Below, piece after piece: positions 60,802 through 64,000 of a stretch of 64,000 bases of DNA. Made by a program: the position numbers and the translations under genes. The DNA is from Candidatus Saccharimonadota bacterium. GTDB taxonomy: Bacteria > Patescibacteriota > Saccharimonadia > Saccharimonadales > Saccharimonadaceae. Under the pieces are notes generated by a model. That model worked only from the letters and a program-made list of their open reading frames with translations, was not told the DNA's origin and did not search any database. Where the stretch lies: NCBI GenBank assembly GCA_030530605.1, contig JAUMUO010000004.1:14631-78630 (forward strand), read 5' to 3'. Position 1 is the stretch's first letter, and every line of letters begins with the position of its first letter.

Positions 60802-63800
60802 GTGAGTACAAATACGAAGAGCGAGTCTCGTGTCTTCTTCACTGAAGGCGACCAGGCTCTCCCGATTCCTGATCTGATTGCTCATCAGAAGGATTCTTGG
60901 GAAGATTTTGTCAAAAATGGCCTGAGAGAAGTTTTCTCAGAGCTAAACCCGATCGATGACTACACCGGTCAAAAACTATCTTTGCGGTTCAAGGACTATG
61001 AGTTCCGCGCCCCAAAGCAAAACGAACACGATGCTAAAATCAATCTTATGACCTATGAAGCTCCGCTTCACGTCAAGGTTGAGCTTGAAAACAAAGTTAA
61101 AGGCACTAAAAAGGAACAGGACATCTTCTTTGGTGACTATCCTTGGATGACCGACCGCGCGACCTTCATCATCAACGGTACCGAGCGTGTCGTAGTTTCC
61201 CAGCTCATCCGCTCCGCCGGTGTATTCTTCACCGCTGACAACGTCAACGGTAAGAACTACTACGGTGCCAAAGTTATTCCTGGACGTGGTGCTTGGCTAG
61301 AATTTGAAACCGCGATGAACGGTGCTATCTACGTCAAGATTGACCGCCGCCGCAAGATTCCGGTCACCACTCTTCTTCGCGCCCTCGGCGTAGCTAAGAA
61401 GTCTGAAATCTTAGAGCATTTCAAAGATGTTGATACCGGCGATATTAAATACATTGAAACCACCCTTGATAAAGACACCACCTCCGGCCAGTCCGAGGCC
61501 CTTATCGAGGTCTACAGAAAGCTCCGCCCGGGCGACCTCGCGACTGTTGAAAACGCAAAGTCTATGATTGAGCGCACTTTCTTTGATTACAAACGCTATG
61601 ACTATTCCAGTGTTGGTCGTTTCAAGATGAACCAAAGACTTGGTTTTGATACTCCAAACGACAACGAGCACCGCACTCTCCAGATGAAGGATCTTATTGC
61701 CATCATCAGCGAGATTATCCGCTTGAACAACACCCAGGATGCTCCGGATGACATCGACTCCCTATCCAACCGCCGCATTAAACTAGTCGGCGAATTGGTC
61801 CAGCGTCAGTTCCGTCTTGGCATGCTTCGTCTTCAGAGAAACATCCTGGACCGTATGTCTATGGCCAATGTCGAAGATGTCACCCCATCCCAGCTTATCA
61901 ATGCCCGCCCGGTTGTGGCTGCTGTTAAAGAGTTCTTCGCTTCATCCCAGCTCTCCCAGCTTATGGATGAAACCAACCCATTCTCCGAACTCGCCCACAA
62001 GCGCCGTCTTTCCTCTATGGGTCCTGGCGGTCTTACCCGTGAGCGTGCCGGCTTCGACGTCCGCGACGCTCACCCAACTCACTACGGTCGTATCTGTACC
62101 GTAGAAACCCCAGAAGGTGCCAACGTTGGTCTCGTGCTAAACCTTGCGACCTACGCTCGTATTAATGAATACGGCTTCATTGAGGCCCCTTACCGCGTCG
62201 TCAAGAACGGTAAAGTCACCGATGAGGTAGTTTACGTTGACGCCGCCACTGAAGAGGGTATGATCATCGCTGACACTTCCGCTAAAATTGATAAAAACGG
62301 CAAATTCGTTGAAGCCCGTGTCTCCGCTCGTGTCCACGGCCATCCAACCCAGGTTGAATCTAGCAAAGTCACTCACATCGATGCCGCTCACAAAGAGATT
62401 CTTGGCGTCTCCGCTAGCTTGATTCCATTTGTTGAGAAAAACCGTGTTGACCGCTCTCTCATGGCCTGCGCTATGCAGAAACAGGCTGTCCCTCTACTTC
62501 GCCAAGACAACCCCGTCGTTGGCACCGGTATTGAAGGTGAGGTAGCCAAGAACACTTCCCAGCTCGTTACCGCTAAAGAGGCTGGTGAAGTCATCAAGGC
62601 CGACGGCGTCTCCGTTATTGTTCGCTACAAAAACGCTGGTGACGTTGAATATCCTTTGATTCACTTTGAAAAGACCAACGACGACCGTTGTTACAACCAG
62701 CGCTGTAAAGTCGCTCGTGGTCAGAAACTCAAGAAAGGCGACACCATCATTGAAGGTGCCTCCATCAACAATTCCGAGCTCGCCCTCGGCCGCGACCTGC
62801 TCGTCGCCTTCATGCCATGGCGCGGCTACAACATGGACGACGCTATCGTAATTAGCTCTCGCCTTGTCCAAGATGATGTTCTTACCTCTATCAACATCAA
62901 GGATTACGACGTTGAAGTCCGCGAGACTAAGCTCGGTCCAGAGCAAGTTACCCGCGATATCCCGAATGTTTCCGAACACTCATTAAGACATCTCGGTGAA
63001 GACGGTATCGTAGCCGTTGGTTCTGAGGTTGTCCCTGGTGATATCCTTGTTGGTAAAATCACTCCAAAGGGTGAACAGGAGTTAAGCTCTGAGGAGCGCC
63101 TCCTTCGCGCTATCTTCGGCGAAAAAGCCAAAGATGTCCGCGACACCTCTGTTCGTATGAACGGTTCTTCCACCGGCAAAGTTGTCGGCGTTCGCGTTTA
63201 CACTCGCGAAAAAGGCCACGAACTCAAAGCTGGTGTCTTAATGCAAATCAAAATCTTCGTTGCCGAACTCAGGAAAATCGGCGTCGGCGATAAGCTCTCC
63301 GGCCGCCACGGTAACAAAGGTGTGGTTTCCCGTGTTCTCCCAGTTGAGGATATGCCATTTATGGAAGACGGTACCCCAATCGACGTGATTCTATCCCCGA
63401 TGGGTGTGCCTTCCCGTATGAACCTCGGTCAGTTGTTTGAGATTCACCTCGGTATGGCCGCCACTAAACTCGGCTACAAAGTTGCCACCCCGTCCTTCAA
63501 CGGTGTCCCGGACGAAATCATCTCTAAGGAACTTGAGAAAGCCGGTCTTTCTCGCGATGGCCGCGTCCAACTTTACGATGGTATGACTGGCGAACCATTT
63601 GAAGAGAGAACTTCCGTTGGTGTGATGCACATGTTGAAACTTCACCATATGGTTGACGATAAAATCCACGCCCGTTCTACTGGTCCATACACTATGGTCA
63701 CCCAACAGCCGCTCGGTGGCAAGGCTCAAAACGGTGGTCAGCGTTTCGGAGAAATGGAGGTCTGGGCTCTCGAAGCTTACGGTGCCGCCACTACTCTCCA

Positions 63801-64000
63801 AGAGATGCTCACCATCAAGTCAGACGACGTCTACGGCCGTGCCAAAGCTTACGAAGCCATCATCAAGAGAAACCCAATTGAAGGTCCAAAGCTTCCAGAA
63901 GGTTTCAACGTGCTTGTAAAAGAGCTTCAAGGCCTTGGTCTGAAAGTAGATCTATTAGACCACGGTGATAGCACCGATGCTTCCGACGTTATCGAAGAAA
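60802..64000 (+). CDS. rpoB: DNA-directed RNA polymerase beta subunit, partial (runs off window end)
   Basis: GTG start after GAGG; INGTERVVVSQL, SSQLSQLMD..NP.SELAHKRR, GDKLSGRHGNKG, GGQRFGEMEVWALEAYGA. Confidence 0.98.
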   Translation, partial: MSTNTKSESRVFFTEGDQALPIPDLIAHQKDSWEDFVKNGLREVFSELNPIDDYTGQKLSLRFKDYEFRAPKQNEHDAKINLMTYEAPLHVKVELENKVKGTKKEQDIFFGDYPWMTDRATFIINGTERVVVSQLIRSAGVFFTADNVNGKNYYGAKVIPGRGAWLEFETAMNGAIYVKIDRRRKIPVTTLLRALGVAKKSEILEHFKDVDTGDIKYIETTLDKDTTSGQSEALIEVYRKLRPGDLATVENAKSMIERTFFDYKRYDYSSVGRFKMNQRLGFDTPNDNEHRTLQMKDLIAIISEIIRLNNTQDAPDDIDSLSNRRIKLVGELVQRQFRLGMLRLQRNILDRMSMANVEDVTPSQLINARPVVAAVKEFFASSQLSQLMDETNPFSELAHKRRLSSMGPGGLTRERAGFDVRDAHPTHYGRICTVETPEGANVGLVLNLATYARINEYGFIEAPYRVVKNGKVTDEVVYVDAATEEGMIIADTSAKIDKNGKFVEARVSARVHGHPTQVESSKVTHIDAAHKEILGVSASLIPFVEKNRVDRSLMACAMQKQAVPLLRQDNPVVGTGIEGEVAKNTSQLVTAKEAGEVIKADGVSVIVRYKNAGDVEYPLIHFEKTNDDRCYNQRCKVARGQKLKKGDTIIEGASINNSELALGRDLLVAFMPWRGYNMDDAIVISSRLVQDDVLTSINIKDYDVEVRETKLGPEQVTRDIPNVSEHSLRHLGEDGIVAVGSEVVPGDILVGKITPKGEQELSSEERLLRAIFGEKAKDVRDTSVRMNGSSTGKVVGVRVYTREKGHELKAGVLMQIKIFVAELRKIGVGDKLSGRHGNKGVVSRVLPVEDMPFMEDGTPIDVILSPMGVPSRMNLGQLFEIHLGMAATKLGYKVATPSFNGVPDEIISKELEKAGLSRDGRVQLYDGMTGEPFEERTSVGVMHMLKLHHMVDDKIHARSTGPYTMVTQQPLGGKAQNGGQRFGEMEVWALEAYGAATTLQEMLTIKSDDVYGRAKAYEAIIKRNPIEGPKLPEGFNVLVKELQGLGLKVDLLDHGDSTDASDVIEE

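Noticed and set aside
61930-62030. Intrinsic rifampicin resistance from the RpoB cluster I sequence
   Set aside because: Key Q, D, H and S residues appear retained; the F-to-L and L-to-M differences are not interpretable without data.

Overview
Gene-dense chromosomal window from a reduced-genome bacterium. Gene content and protein motifs suggest Candidatus Saccharibacteria (TM7, CPR/Patescibacteria), possibly a gut/rumen lineage; this is inference, no database search was run. Standard genetic code; all supported genes except two (a PAS histidine kinase and a TrmH methyltransferase) lie on the + strand. Mostly housekeeping (obgE, recG, tig, rpsL/rpsG, gap, uvrB, gatCAB, fusA, tuf, rpsJ, dnaE, leuS, rpmF, nusB, rnc, rpsP, partial rpoB, tRNA-Leu(TAG)). 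Also a cell-envelope operon (baseplate-J-like membrane protein, RuvX-MltG fusion, LysM-CHAP), a MurF/DegT/FemABX cluster, and probable acquisitions (HD-GYP protein after the tRNA; a ~2,430-aa repeat/BspA-LRR surface protein between fusA and tuf). No rRNA, CRISPR array, integrase or transposase seen. Main unexplained signal: three long palindromic, GC-rich segments translated inside obgE, gatB and the DegT-like gene, all starting TTATGG and ending GACAT(T/C), suggesting a family of coding-region palindromic insertion elements. Other highlights: membrane-anchored HEPN-motif ORF coupled inside gatCAB, EF-G with altered G4/G5 motifs, a cytoplasmic PLC/P1-nuclease-fold protein, about a dozen apparently leaderless genes, and structured leaders before rpsL, rpsJ and rpoB.
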